From an uncultured delta proteobacterium (lineage in GTDB: Bacteria > Desulfobacterota > Binatia > UBA9968): DNA of 64,000 bases. Below, in pieces: positions 48,274-57,904 of the stretch (its first letter is position 1; each line of letters starts with the position of its first letter). Both the position numbers and the translations under genes were made by a program. Below the pieces are notes generated by a model. That model saw only the letters and a list, made by a program, of their open reading frames with translations. It had not been told where the DNA came from and searched no databases. Location of the stretch: the NCBI GenBank assembly GCA_963771465.1, contig CAVYTU010000017.1, positions 320,001 to 384,000 on the forward strand, given 5' to 3'.

Positions 48274-49248
48274 ATGAGGATTGCTTGGGCACTGCTATTG
48301 GTTCTGCTCATTGCAGAGACGCATGAGGCGCGCACGGAGGTTTTCAAAGTGGCGATGCCGAGCACGACGCAAGCCGTGCTGGCGTTTACCATCGCGCGTG
48401 ACAAGGGCTACTACCGCGCCGAAGGTTTGGACGTCGAGCTGATTCTTATGAGCGCGCCGACCGCCAGCCGGGCTTTGCTGAGCGGCGACGTTGCCGTTGC
48501 CACCGTAGGGGGCGCCGGCTTGCCGCCGGTGCTGCGCGGTTCACCGATGAGATTTTTATTCTCGACATATAACCGAGCGATGTTTTGGCTCTACGCCAAA
48601 CCGGAGATTCGCGACGTTAAAGCCTTGAAAGGCAAACGAGTCGGTGTTTCCGGTATCGGCAGCGGGCCGGATTCTTTACTGCGCGAAGTTTTGCGTGTCA
48701 ACGGTCTGGACGCCGCTCGCGATGTGACGATTCTAAGCCTCGGCGTGATGCCGACGATTTACGCCGGGCTGCAGAGCGGCATCGTCGATGGCGCGATGCT
48801 GTCGCCGCCGGTGACTTTCAAAGCAGAAGAGGCGGGCTTTCGTGAGCTAGTCGCTTTTCCAAAGCAAGATTTGGTTGAGCCCCAAGGCGCAATCCTGGTG
48901 CGCGACGCTTTGTTGCAAGCCGATCCGGCGCAGGTCGAGCGTTTTGTCCGCGCGAGCTACAAGGGATTTCTTTACATCAAGGAGAACCGCGCCGGCACGA
49001 TTCCGATCGTCGCGCGCTATTTGCAAGTGAGCGAAGCCCAGGCGGCGAAGGCGTACGATCAAGTGGTGCGGCCGGCGCTGACTCAAGATGGAACGCTGAG
49101 CCAGGAAATGCAGGCTAAGGCCGTCGAGCATGTGCTCAAGCGGCTCGATCTCAAGGAAGCGCCGCCGCTGGCGAGGATCTTCGATTTCTCACTGGCGCGC
49201 AAGGTGAGCGGTGAGCTCCAGGCCAAAGGGTGGAGGCCCGTGCCATAG
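48274..49248 (+). CDS. ABC transporter substrate-binding protein (NitT/TauT type)
   Basis: Signal peptide; KGYYRAEGLDVE and LKGKRVGVS motifs. Confidence 0.88.
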   Translation: MRIAWALLLVLLIAETHEARTEVFKVAMPSTTQAVLAFTIARDKGYYRAEGLDVELILMSAPTASRALLSGDVAVATVGGAGLPPVLRGSPMRFLFSTYNRAMFWLYAKPEIRDVKALKGKRVGVSGIGSGPDSLLREVLRVNGLDAARDVTILSLGVMPTIYAGLQSGIVDGAMLSPPVTFKAEEAGFRELVAFPKQDLVEPQGAILVRDALLQADPAQVERFVRASYKGFLYIKENRAGTIPIVARYLQVSEAQAAKAYDQVVRPALTQDGTLSQEMQAKAVEHVLKRLDLKEAPPLARIFDFSLARKVSGELQAKGWRPVP

Positions 49249-49297
49249 GTGAAATGAAATCTTTCACCGCGGAAAGCACCAAGGAAGAAAAGCTCCA

Positions 49298-50254
49298 ATG
49301 GCTTTGAAACTCACGATGACGTGCGCCGAGTATGATCGCAGCCGACCGCTCATCGACGGGCGGGTGAAGGCGCGGGATATCGATTTGGATATTCACGTCA
49401 ACTCGGATGACCGTAGTCGGCAGCGCGACATACGCGAAGGAAAGTTCGACATCGGCGAATTTTTCACCGGCATCTACATGGCTGACTTGGAGCACAAGAC
49501 ACTGGGGCTTACGGCGGTGCCGATTTTCGTCAAACGCATGTTTCGTCATTCCTATATCTACGTCAACAAGCATGCCGATATCCGCACGCCGAAAGACCTG
49601 GAAGGCAAACGCGTCGGCATTCAGACCTGGTTTACCACTACGGCGCTGTGGGCACGGGGCATTTTAGCGGATGAGTATGGCGTGGATTTGAGCGCGATCA
49701 CTTGGGTTGCTAATTGGAACGAAAAAATTGGTAAATGGCAGCCGCCGTCTTGGCTTAAGCTTGAAATTGCTCCGCAAGGCGAGAAGCTGCACGATCTTCT
49801 TATTGCAGGTAAGCTCGACGCCGGCATCACGACTGAAACTTGGGCGCCATTCGGCCATTCGGACGTTGATTTCTTGATGCCCAATTTCGCGCAAGAAGAG
49901 CGGGACTATTTTCGCAAGACCGGATTCTTTCCGATCCAGCACACGCTGGTGATCAAAAACGCCGTGCTGGAAAAAAATCCGTGGGTCGCCATGAGCCTGT
50001 TCGATGCATGGCAGGAGTCAAAACAGGAGTGTTACCGCTGGCTCGATCGGCAAAGAGTTCATATGACCGCTCTGTGGTATCGTTCGCTTTGGGAAGAGGA
50101 GCGAGCGATCGCTGGGCCTGATCCTTATGTCTGGGGATTCAAGCAGAGCCGCGCAGAATTGGACAAAATGCTCGAATATGCGTTTCGGCAAGGCTTGGTG
50201 ACGCGCTGGTTTGTGCCTGAAGATATGTTTCATCCGAGCACGCTAGAGACGTAA
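49298..50254 (+). CDS. 4,5-dihydroxyphthalate decarboxylase-like protein (SBP fold)
   Basis: YDRSRPLIDGRV, P.F..R.FRHS, DLEGKRVG, TTALWARGIL and FPIQH motifs. Confidence 0.75.
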   Translation: MALKLTMTCAEYDRSRPLIDGRVKARDIDLDIHVNSDDRSRQRDIREGKFDIGEFFTGIYMADLEHKTLGLTAVPIFVKRMFRHSYIYVNKHADIRTPKDLEGKRVGIQTWFTTTALWARGILADEYGVDLSAITWVANWNEKIGKWQPPSWLKLEIAPQGEKLHDLLIAGKLDAGITTETWAPFGHSDVDFLMPNFAQEERDYFRKTGFFPIQHTLVIKNAVLEKNPWVAMSLFDAWQESKQECYRWLDRQRVHMTALWYRSLWEEERAIAGPDPYVWGFKQSRAELDKMLEYAFRQGLVTRWFVPEDMFHPSTLET

Positions 50255-50277
50255 AGCGACGATGGGAGAGGTGCGGT

Positions 50278-51447
50278 ATGCTGCACCCCGACGGAGGAAT
50301 TGACGAGGGGTATATGGATTTTGGCGAATTCGTTCACACGGGACCTGATACGCTGGCGGGACGCTACTTGCGCCGGTTTTGGCAACCGGTTGGTTGTTCA
50401 CATGAGCTTTTGGCGGGCCAGGCGTTGCCGATTCGCATCTTGGATGAAGAGTTTACGCTTTACCGTGGCGATAGCGGCACGGCTTTTTTAGTCGGCAGCC
50501 GTTGCGCGCATCGCGGCACGCAGCTTTCGATCGGTTGGATTGAAGGCGACTGCATTCGCTGCTTCTATCACGGCTGGAAATACGACGGCACGGGGCAATG
50601 TGTCGAGCAGCCGGCGGAGGCGGTAAGTTTTGCGCCCAAGGTGCAGATTCCCAGTTATCCCGTGAAGGAATACATCGGGCTGATCTTTGCGTACTTGGGC
50701 GCAGGCGAGCCACCGCCGTTGCCACGTTATCCGTTGTTTGAAAATCCCGCTATCTCACTCGACGTCGCGGCATTGCGGCGCATCTGCAACTACTTTAACA
50801 ATATCGACAACTCGCTAGACAACGCCCATGTGCGCTTCGTGCACCGGCGCCATCGCGATGCGGCGCAAGATCATGTGGTGCTTGGCGACCCGATCATTTC
50901 GGTCGAAGAATCTGAATGGGGCATCAGGCGCTATGTCAAATATCCCGACGGCAAAGATCTGACTTTTTTCTTCGGCATGCCCAACATCAACTTTATCAAC
51001 GGCCAGGTCGTCGATCCGGTCATCAAGCGGGCGGACGTGATAGTGTTCAAAGTTCCAGTGGACGACGCCAACCATATTCACTTCGAAGTACGCGCCATCG
51101 CACTGGCCGGCGACCGTGGACGGAAGTGGATCGAAGAGCGGCGCGAGATGCGGGCAAAAGCTGAACGCGATCGTCCTGAGTTAGTCCGAGCGATCCTTAC
51201 CGGCAAACTGCGGTTGAGCGACATCGATCCCAATCGCATCGATTTCGTCATGCTCGAAGATGAGATCGCGCAAACCGGCCAAGGCGCCATCGCTGTGCGC
51301 AGCCACGAACACTTGGGCCGCAGCGACCGCGGCGTGTTTTTGCTGCGCAAAATCTGGGAACGGGAATTACGCAATCTTGCCGAAGGTAAGTCAATTAAAC
51401 AGTGGAACTATCGGTCGGATATGGTGCCGACGTATCCGGAGGGATAG
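50278..51447 (+). CDS. Rieske non-heme iron oxygenase alpha subunit (phthalate 4,5-dioxygenase/LigX-like)
   Basis: CAHRG...CFYHGW Rieske motif; DNAHVRFVH mononuclear Fe ligands; ED..AQ.GQG and EHLGRSD. Confidence 0.9.
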   Translation: MLHPDGGIDEGYMDFGEFVHTGPDTLAGRYLRRFWQPVGCSHELLAGQALPIRILDEEFTLYRGDSGTAFLVGSRCAHRGTQLSIGWIEGDCIRCFYHGWKYDGTGQCVEQPAEAVSFAPKVQIPSYPVKEYIGLIFAYLGAGEPPPLPRYPLFENPAISLDVAALRRICNYFNNIDNSLDNAHVRFVHRRHRDAAQDHVVLGDPIISVEESEWGIRRYVKYPDGKDLTFFFGMPNINFINGQVVDPVIKRADVIVFKVPVDDANHIHFEVRAIALAGDRGRKWIEERREMRAKAERDRPELVRAILTGKLRLSDIDPNRIDFVMLEDEIAQTGQGAIAVRSHEHLGRSDRGVFLLRKIWERELRNLAEGKSIKQWNYRSDMVPTYPEG

Positions 51448-51519
51448 CAACCGAGCGGCGCACGCTAGAATACAGCTCCCATCAACCCATGCGTTCTGAG
51501 TAAGCGCTGCTCGCTTAAG

Positions 51520-52506
51520 TCAATCCTCCGGTGCCCCGCCTGATTTAGCCAAGTCTTCCACCTTAATTTTTTGCACATTCATTTTTTCGGCGGCTTTAGT
51601 CATGCGATCCATGACTTCGTCGAAGCTGAGCGGCGCGGCGTCTTTGGGGCGAAAGCGGATGGGGTTGATGCGGGCGACGACGAAACTTTTCAAGTAGGGG
51701 CTGGTGAGGCCTTTGGCTTTGAGCGCGTCGACTTTTTCGACGACGGTTTTGTCCAAGTCGATGAGCGCTTTGGCGCGCTCGCGGCGAACGTCGATTGCCG
51801 TTTCAAGCGGTTTTTTCAGAAACTGATCGGAGCGGCGCAGAATCGGATGATAGGCGCCGCCGCTGAAGCGGCCATTTTCTAAATAACACAAACCGAGCGT
51901 GATCAGCGCGGCTTCCTCGAATTCCAACGCATAGGTTTCCTCGCTGGCGCCATCGAGCATGGCCAGCTCTTGATACATCTTGATGACTTCGAGGGCGCGC
52001 TCGCGCAGGTTGTGCGCCTTCTCGGTATTCAACGCAAGGATTTGATAGGCCGTCGACGCTTCTGGCACGACGATGCCGACGATGGATTTCGCGCCCAGCG
52101 TCTTCATCGCCTGCAAGCGATGATTGCCGTTGGGCGTCCAGTAGCGGGTGGCGCTGTCTTTTACTTCTTTGCGCACGACGATGATCGGGTCGAGGAAGCG
52201 GCCGAGCTTGGCGATGACGCCTTCGAGCTTGCGTGCGTGGGCGTCGGACAGGTTGCGTTGATAGGGCGTCGGCTCGACTTGCTCGATCGGGAGGGCCGCG
52301 ATGACTAACCAACGGCCGCCGAACGGCTCGCGATAGACGGTAAAAACTTTGCCGCCGTCTTTATCGATGGCGTCTTGCAAGTCTTCAACCACTTTCGGCG
52401 CGGCGCCGTCAAGTAATTCCGTCGACGCGAGTTCGGTGGATTTCCCGGCGAGCTTACGCCGTTTGCGCGCACCGGTGGACTTCTTCCTGGCTTTTTTTTC
52501 GGCCAT
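51520..52506 (-). CDS. ParB/Srx N-terminal domain protein
   Basis: PTPYQR, DPIIV and GNHRLQA (GxxRxxA) motifs; basic N-terminal tail. Confidence 0.8.
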   Translation of the reverse strand: MAEKKARKKSTGARKRRKLAGKSTELASTELLDGAAPKVVEDLQDAIDKDGGKVFTVYREPFGGRWLVIAALPIEQVEPTPYQRNLSDAHARKLEGVIAKLGRFLDPIIVVRKEVKDSATRYWTPNGNHRLQAMKTLGAKSIVGIVVPEASTAYQILALNTEKAHNLRERALEVIKMYQELAMLDGASEETYALEFEEAALITLGLCYLENGRFSGGAYHPILRRSDQFLKKPLETAIDVRRERAKALIDLDKTVVEKVDALKAKGLTSPYLKSFVVARINPIRFRPKDAAPLSFDEVMDRMTKAAEKMNVQKIKVEDLAKSGGAPED

Positions 52507-52530
52507 GGGCGCTGCTTAACACATTCTATT

Positions 52531-53805
52531 CTACTGTTCCAAGCGGCGAATGCGCGGCATGACGATGGCGACCACAAACGCCATGCCGCCGACCATGATG
52601 CCGCCGAAGGAGACCGCGACCGGTGCGCCGGCGAATTCGGCTATCCCTCCAGAAATCAACCCGCCGATCGGCATGAGCTCCCAGGCGAGGCCGTGGATAC
52701 CCATGACGCGGCCGCGCAGCTCGTTGGGCAAATTCATTTGCAGTATGGCGTGAATCGTCGTCATGTAGAATTGGCCCGCCATGCCGAGCGCGAAAGCGGC
52801 GAACAGCGAAAGCGTGAACCAACCGGAGAGCGCAAACAGAATAAGCGTGACGCCGAAAACCACTGCGCCGGTGATCGCTTGCAAACCTTTTCCGCGGAAG
52901 TGGCTCAAATAGGCGGCGAGCAACACGCCCGCGAGCGCGCCGGCGCCGCCAGCGCTTTGGAGAAAGCCGAAACCCTGCGAGCCGACGTGCAGCACATCGC
53001 GAGCGAACACAGGCATCATGATGACGTAGGACATGCCGAATACGCTGTTGAAAAAAGTCATGGCGATGAACACCCAGTAGATTTCATTTTCGCGGATGAA
53101 CTTTACGCCTTGGACCATGTCATGCACGAGACCGCGTGACGTCGATTCGGTGGGCTGGCCTTCCAGGCGAATCGCCAGCCAAAGGACAATGGCCACGCCT
53201 GAGGCGAGAAAGCAGACGAGATAGGTCGGGCCGATACCGACCAGATAGATCAAGATGCCGGCGACGGCGGGACCGACGAGCTTGTTGAGTTGCCAGATCG
53301 TGCCGCCGATGGCGACCGCATTGGGAATATCTTCTTTGGGCACCATCTGCGGCAGCAGCGCCATGCGGCTCGGACGGTCGAAGGCGCGCACGCAGCCGGT
53401 GAAAAACGCGAGCACCATGACATGCCAAAGCTCGACCCACTTCATGATGACTAAGCCGGTCAACAGCAGAAAAATTATTGCTGAGCCGAGTTGCGCGAGC
53501 AGCATGATGCGGCGGCGATCGGCGCGGTCGGCGATGGCGCCGCCGAGCAGCGTGAGAGCGACCGATGGGATGGTAAAAGTCAGGCCGGTGAGTCCGAGCA
53601 GCAAGGGCGAGTTGGTCAGCTCTAACACCAGCCAGCTCTGTGCCACCGCTTCCATGTTTTGGGCGAGGACGGAAGCCAACTGGCCGAACCAGTACAAGCG
53701 GTAATTGCGATGTTTGAGCGCGCTGATCGACTGGATCATGCGTTGGCTGCCGGAGAGTGTGTGCGCCGCGGCCGGTGCGATTACCGGTGATGAAGTTTTA
53801 CTCAT
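52531..53805 (-). CDS. MFS transporter (MFS_3-like)
   Basis: ALKHRNYR, GAIADRADRRR and RGRVMG motifs. Confidence 0.88.
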   Translation of the reverse strand: MSKTSSPVIAPAAAHTLSGSQRMIQSISALKHRNYRLYWFGQLASVLAQNMEAVAQSWLVLELTNSPLLLGLTGLTFTIPSVALTLLGGAIADRADRRRIMLLAQLGSAIIFLLLTGLVIMKWVELWHVMVLAFFTGCVRAFDRPSRMALLPQMVPKEDIPNAVAIGGTIWQLNKLVGPAVAGILIYLVGIGPTYLVCFLASGVAIVLWLAIRLEGQPTESTSRGLVHDMVQGVKFIRENEIYWVFIAMTFFNSVFGMSYVIMMPVFARDVLHVGSQGFGFLQSAGGAGALAGVLLAAYLSHFRGKGLQAITGAVVFGVTLILFALSGWFTLSLFAAFALGMAGQFYMTTIHAILQMNLPNELRGRVMGIHGLAWELMPIGGLISGGIAEFAGAPVAVSFGGIMVGGMAFVVAIVMPRIRRLEQ

Positions 53806-54009
53806 GGTGAAAGTCCGGCCATTCTTTCCTAAAACTGCTGAGCTGTCAAAAAGATTGGAGAAATAGTTTGCCACGAAGTTGGGAGTTCTAAACTGCCGAC
53901 TCTGCTTATTCTTCGTGGTGAATTTCAATCATCCTGTTGGCGCTCCCTGTTGAGGAATCGGCTGCTACCTTTTATGATCGCGCGACATCTAAGAGAGGAC
54001 GGTGTGCTT

Positions 54010-55363
54010 ATGGCGCGGTACGATTATGATTTGTTTACCATTGGCGCCGGCTCGGGCGGTGTGCGGGCGAGCCGGATGTCAGCTTCCTTTGGTGCGAAAG
54101 TCGCCGTCGCCGAGGAGCGCTACCTCGGTGGCACCTGCGTCAACGTCGGCTGCATCCCGAAGAAGCTGCTCGTCTATGCGTCGCACTACGGCGAAGATTT
54201 TGACGATATGCCGGGTTATGGCTGGACCGTCGGGGAGAGGCGTTTCGACTGGGCCAAGCTGATCGCCAATAAGAACAAAGAGATTGAACGGCTGAACGGC
54301 ATCTATCGAAAGCTGCTCGGCGATGCCGGCGTCGAACTATTCGAGGGCCACGCCGAAGTCGTCGATCCGCATACCGTCTCAGTCGACGGCAAGCGATTCA
54401 CTGCGAAATACATACTTGTCGCCGTCGGTAGTTGGCCGATGGTGCCGAAGTTTTCCGGATCCGAGCACGCGATTACGTCCAACGAAGCTTTCTTCCTGCC
54501 GTCGTTGCCGGAAAAGGTGATCATCGTTGGCGGTGGCTATATTGGCGTCGAATTCGCTGGAATTTTTCACGGCTTGGGCGCACAAACGACGCAGCTCTAT
54601 CGCGGCGAGTTGTTTTTGCGCGGCTTTGACGACGATATTCGTAAGACGCTGGCGGATGAAATGCGTAAGCGTGGGGTCGAAGTTAAGTTTCCAGACCCGC
54701 ATCATCAAGATTGAAAAGTCGGGTGACGTTCTCAAGGCTTCGCTCGCCGATGGCAACATGATCGAGGCCAATCAGATTCTCTTTGCTACCGGCCGCGGAT
54801 CGAAAACGCCGGATCTTGGTCTGGAGAAAGCGGGTGTGAAACTCAAGGATAACGGTGCGGTGATCGTCGATGAGTTTTCCAAATCCACGGTGGATAGCGT
54901 TTATGCCATCGGTGACTGCACCGATCGGATGATGCTCACGCCGGTGGCGATCGCCGAAGGGATGGCGTTGGCGAACACGCTGTTTAACGGCAAGCCGACG
55001 AAGCCGAGTTACTTGAACGTCCCGACCGCGGTGTTCAGTACGCCCAATTGTGGCACGGTCGGGCTGACCGAGCAGGAGGCGCGACAGCGCGGTTTCAAAG
55101 TCGACATCTACCGCACCCTATTCCGGCCGCTAAGGCACACGCTAACAGGTCGTGACGAACGCACCATGATGAAGCTTGTCGTGGATCAAGCGTCGGACAA
55201 GGTTCTCGGTTGTCACATGGTCGGAGCCGACGCCGGTGAAATGATTCAGGGCCTGGCGGTGGCGCTCAACTGTGGCGCTACCAAAGCGCAGTTCGATCAG
55301 ACCATCGGCATCCATCCGACTGCGGCGGAAGAATTCGTGACCATGCGAACTAAGCTGGGTTAA
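54010..55363 (+). CDS. gor: Glutathione-disulfide reductase, +1 frameshift near 54688
   Basis: [19 protein letters not shown] and [10 protein letters not shown] in the first frame; YAIGD and [12 protein letters not shown] in the second. Removing one base in AAGTTTCCAG restores one ORF. Confidence 0.9.
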
Positions 55364-55467
55364 CGACCAAGAAGTCATCGTTTGTCATCTCGCCCCAATG
55401 CCAACGTACGGCATCAGTGCCGTGTCTCGGCTATGCTTCTCAGCGCTGCCCGATTCATCGTTTACCG

Positions 55468-55485
55468 ATGTGAATGAATTCACAT
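55468..55485. promoter_or_regulatory. Rex- or CRP-type palindromic operator
   Basis: ATGTGAATGAATTCACAT matches TGTGA-N6-TCACA and WTGTGAA-N4-TTCACAW. Confidence 0.6.
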
Positions 55486-55495
55486 TGTTAGCTTG

Positions 55496-55511
55496 TGGCA
55501 CTTTCGTTGCT
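55496..55511 (+). promoter_or_regulatory. Sigma54 (-24/-12) promoter
   Basis: TGGCAC-TTTCG-TTGCT, consensus spacing, 45 nt upstream of ATG 55556. Confidence 0.7.
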
Positions 55512-55555
55512 CTATTCTATACTCGGAAGTGGGCTTGAACCGAAGGAGGTTCTCC

Positions 55556-56303
55556 ATGGATCGGGAAACGTTTCGGGAGCAATTACTGAATGTGATGGAA
55601 CGCAAGAGCCACTGGGCGTGGCCGGCGTTCACCTCAGGACGGGTTTCCAGCAAACGGTTGCACTACCACTTCGAGCAAGAATTCGGCACCTATGTGCGCG
55701 ACTTTCCGATCATGGTCGGACGCGTTTTTATCCGCTGTCCAGTTCCAGAAATCCGCCAAAGCCTTGCCGCCAACCTTTACGAAGAGGAAACCGGTGGGCT
55801 GGTCGCCGGTCGTCCCCATCCGGAACTGTTTCTCGAATATCCGCGTGGACTAGGAATGGATTTGAGCCGCTTTGACGATGTTCAGCTCCTGCCGGCGGCG
55901 GAGAGTTATCGACGCTTTCTCGACGAAGCGACGCAACACTATGGCTGGGACGTTGCGGCGGCGATCGTTACGATATTTGTCGAAGGGTCCAGCGATGAAC
56001 GATCGGCGCTTGCTCCAACGACCGGACAAACGCCACCGTCGTTGGATGAGCATCCGCTGGTGAAGCATTACGGCTTGGCGATCGAAAGCCTGGCGTTGAC
56101 CAAAGCGCACCGCGCCGTCGAGGGCAATCATCGCGCCGCAGCTTGGCAAGCGATTCTTAACCATGTAGCACCGACCCGGCGCGGGACGATCGTCAGAGCG
56201 ATGGAAGAGGCGCTGCGCGCTTGGCTAGCTTTACCGGGACGAAGTGGCGCTCGTTTGCGGCGTGTCCGCCGATCCAAGCGGCCGAATGAGCGCGGTGGCT
56301 TGA
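55556..56303 (+). CDS. Heme-oxygenase-like (PqqC/CADD-type) diiron redox enzyme, probable +1 frameshift near 56231
   Basis: AGGAGG RBS; NLYEEETG...HPELF, VEG and HRAVEGNH ligand pattern. Removing one T gives ...WLAYRDEVALVCG...AVA* and removes the overlap with the convergent gene. Confidence 0.78.
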
Positions 56304-56353
56304 TCCATTCTGCTCGCCTGCCTGTCGATTGGCAAATCTCCCGCGCGATCCTA

Positions 56354-57655
56354 TCACCCAATCATTTCGCCGCGATAACTTTTCGCCAGAATCTGCATCG
56401 GATTGAGCGGGCGCTTGCCATTGCCTTGTTCGATCTGGATCGCAGCTAGCGGACAATCGGAGCAAGTTACTTTCGGATCGCCTTCCGCCATTTGCTGAAA
56501 TGCCCTGCCGCCCCATTTGAGCGACTGCTCAAAATTTTCCTTCTTCATCGACCAGGTGCCGTCATGACCGGAACATTCTTCGACGACTTTCACCTGTGTA
56601 TCGGGTAAGAGCGAAAGCACGTCCCGGGTCTTGTAACCGACATTCTGGGCGCGCAAGTGGCAAGGGATATGGTAGCTCACTTTTCCGGCGCCGGTTTGGA
56701 AATTCTTATTGAGCTTTCCTTCGCCCGCCAGTTTGGCAAGGAACTCCATCGGGTCCATGGTTTTCGCTGCGACTTGTTTTGCGTCCGCAGTGCCGAGGAG
56801 GCGCGGATACTCAACTCGGATCATCTGTGAACAGGTGGGATTGGTGGCGACTACGGTTCGTCCCGAATCGACATGTTTCAATAAACTGGCAACATTTTGT
56901 TTGGCTGCCTCAATGGCGCCGTCCATGTCACCGTTATGCCAACGGGGCATGCCGCAGCAGCTCTCGTAGGCAAACGACACGTCGACGTTGTTATGCGCCA
57001 TGACTTCCAACGTGTCATTGCCGATTTCCGGCTGGTTGTAATTAACATAGCAAGTGGAGAAGAAAGCGATCTTAGCGGCAGGCTCGCCTTGAGGCGCTTG
57101 GCGTTTGGCTGCGAATTGAGCTGCGAAAGTTCGCGAGGCAAACGGCGGTAGCATTTTGTCCTTGTGGATGCCGATCGCGCTTTCCATCAGCTTGCGGTTG
57201 AGCGGATTGTTGTTGCCCCAGTTCGCTAGCGGTGCCGTCGCCGTTCCCAATTTTCCGACCAAATCCGGATTGCCCAGCAGCTTGTCGACCAACGGCACAC
57301 CATTTTTCTTGACACGCTGCGCCTTGGCACGCGTCATCAAGCGCGGAAAGTCGATGGCCCATTCGTGATCGCCGGGCGTGTAGGGGCATTTGATATAGCA
57401 AAGTTTACACTGGAAACAGTCGTCGACCACTTTGTCGACATCGTCCACGCGCAGGTTTTTGGTATTCACGTCGGCATACTTCCCTTCGACGCAGTGATCG
57501 TCGACGGCGTCGAATAGTTTAGGAAAGCTGCCACAATACTTAACGCACATCCGGCAGTCGGCGCAGACACTAAAGACGCGCTCGACTTCCGCGCGCAGAT
57601 TTTTTTCATCGTAATAGCGCGGGTCGGTCGGATCGTAGGCGGGATTGTTGGCCAT
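56354..57655 (-). CDS. GlpC-like Fe-S oxidoreductase (4Fe-4S dicluster plus CCG domains)
   Basis: CADCRMC..YC, CFQCKLCYIKCPY, CCGMP, CHLRAQ, CSGHDG and SDCPLA motifs. Confidence 0.88.
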   Translation of the reverse strand: MANNPAYDPTDPRYYDEKNLRAEVERVFSVCADCRMCVKYCGSFPKLFDAVDDHCVEGKYADVNTKNLRVDDVDKVVDDCFQCKLCYIKCPYTPGDHEWAIDFPRLMTRAKAQRVKKNGVPLVDKLLGNPDLVGKLGTATAPLANWGNNNPLNRKLMESAIGIHKDKMLPPFASRTFAAQFAAKRQAPQGEPAAKIAFFSTCYVNYNQPEIGNDTLEVMAHNNVDVSFAYESCCGMPRWHNGDMDGAIEAAKQNVASLLKHVDSGRTVVATNPTCSQMIRVEYPRLLGTADAKQVAAKTMDPMEFLAKLAGEGKLNKNFQTGAGKVSYHIPCHLRAQNVGYKTRDVLSLLPDTQVKVVEECSGHDGTWSMKKENFEQSLKWGGRAFQQMAEGDPKVTCSDCPLAAIQIEQGNGKRPLNPMQILAKSYRGEMIG

Positions 57656-57858
57656 GAAAATACTCCTTGGCTCTGATGTGTCGGCGTAGATCAAAATGTA
57701 ACTTAACCTGAGCCCTGAATCCATGACAGGGTGCTAAACAATACGTTGTCGAGGGATAAATACACGGGTTTTCTTACCTGCGAGCCGCCGTCTAAGTCTC
57801 TGATTATTGATGAATATCTGCTGGTCAAACTTCCGCCTGGAAACGCTGATTTGGCCGA

Positions 57859-57886
57859 TTAACATTTCAAAGTGGCTTTCGTCTAA
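57859..57886 (+). promoter_or_regulatory. Candidate ECF sigma promoter for the 57905 gene
   Basis: TTAACA-N16-GTCTAA, same spacing, AAC.TTT core and -10 as 61777-61804 and 63558-63585. Confidence 0.55.
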
Positions 57887-57904
57887 TGGTGCAAGGAGGT
57901 TCCT

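Noticed and set aside
51520-52506. Chromosome or plasmid partition locus, or sulfiredoxin
   Set aside because: No parA or replication genes adjacent, no parS palindrome noticed, and no GCHR catalytic cysteine.
54660-54720. Programmed ribosomal frameshift in gor
   Set aside because: No known precedent in this family, no canonical slippery heptamer with a stimulatory structure, and three similar +1 events elsewhere point to sequencing error.
55556-56303. pqqC of PQQ biosynthesis
   Set aside because: No pqqA/B/D/E nearby, and it carries a diiron-type ligand pattern, whereas PqqC is cofactor-free.
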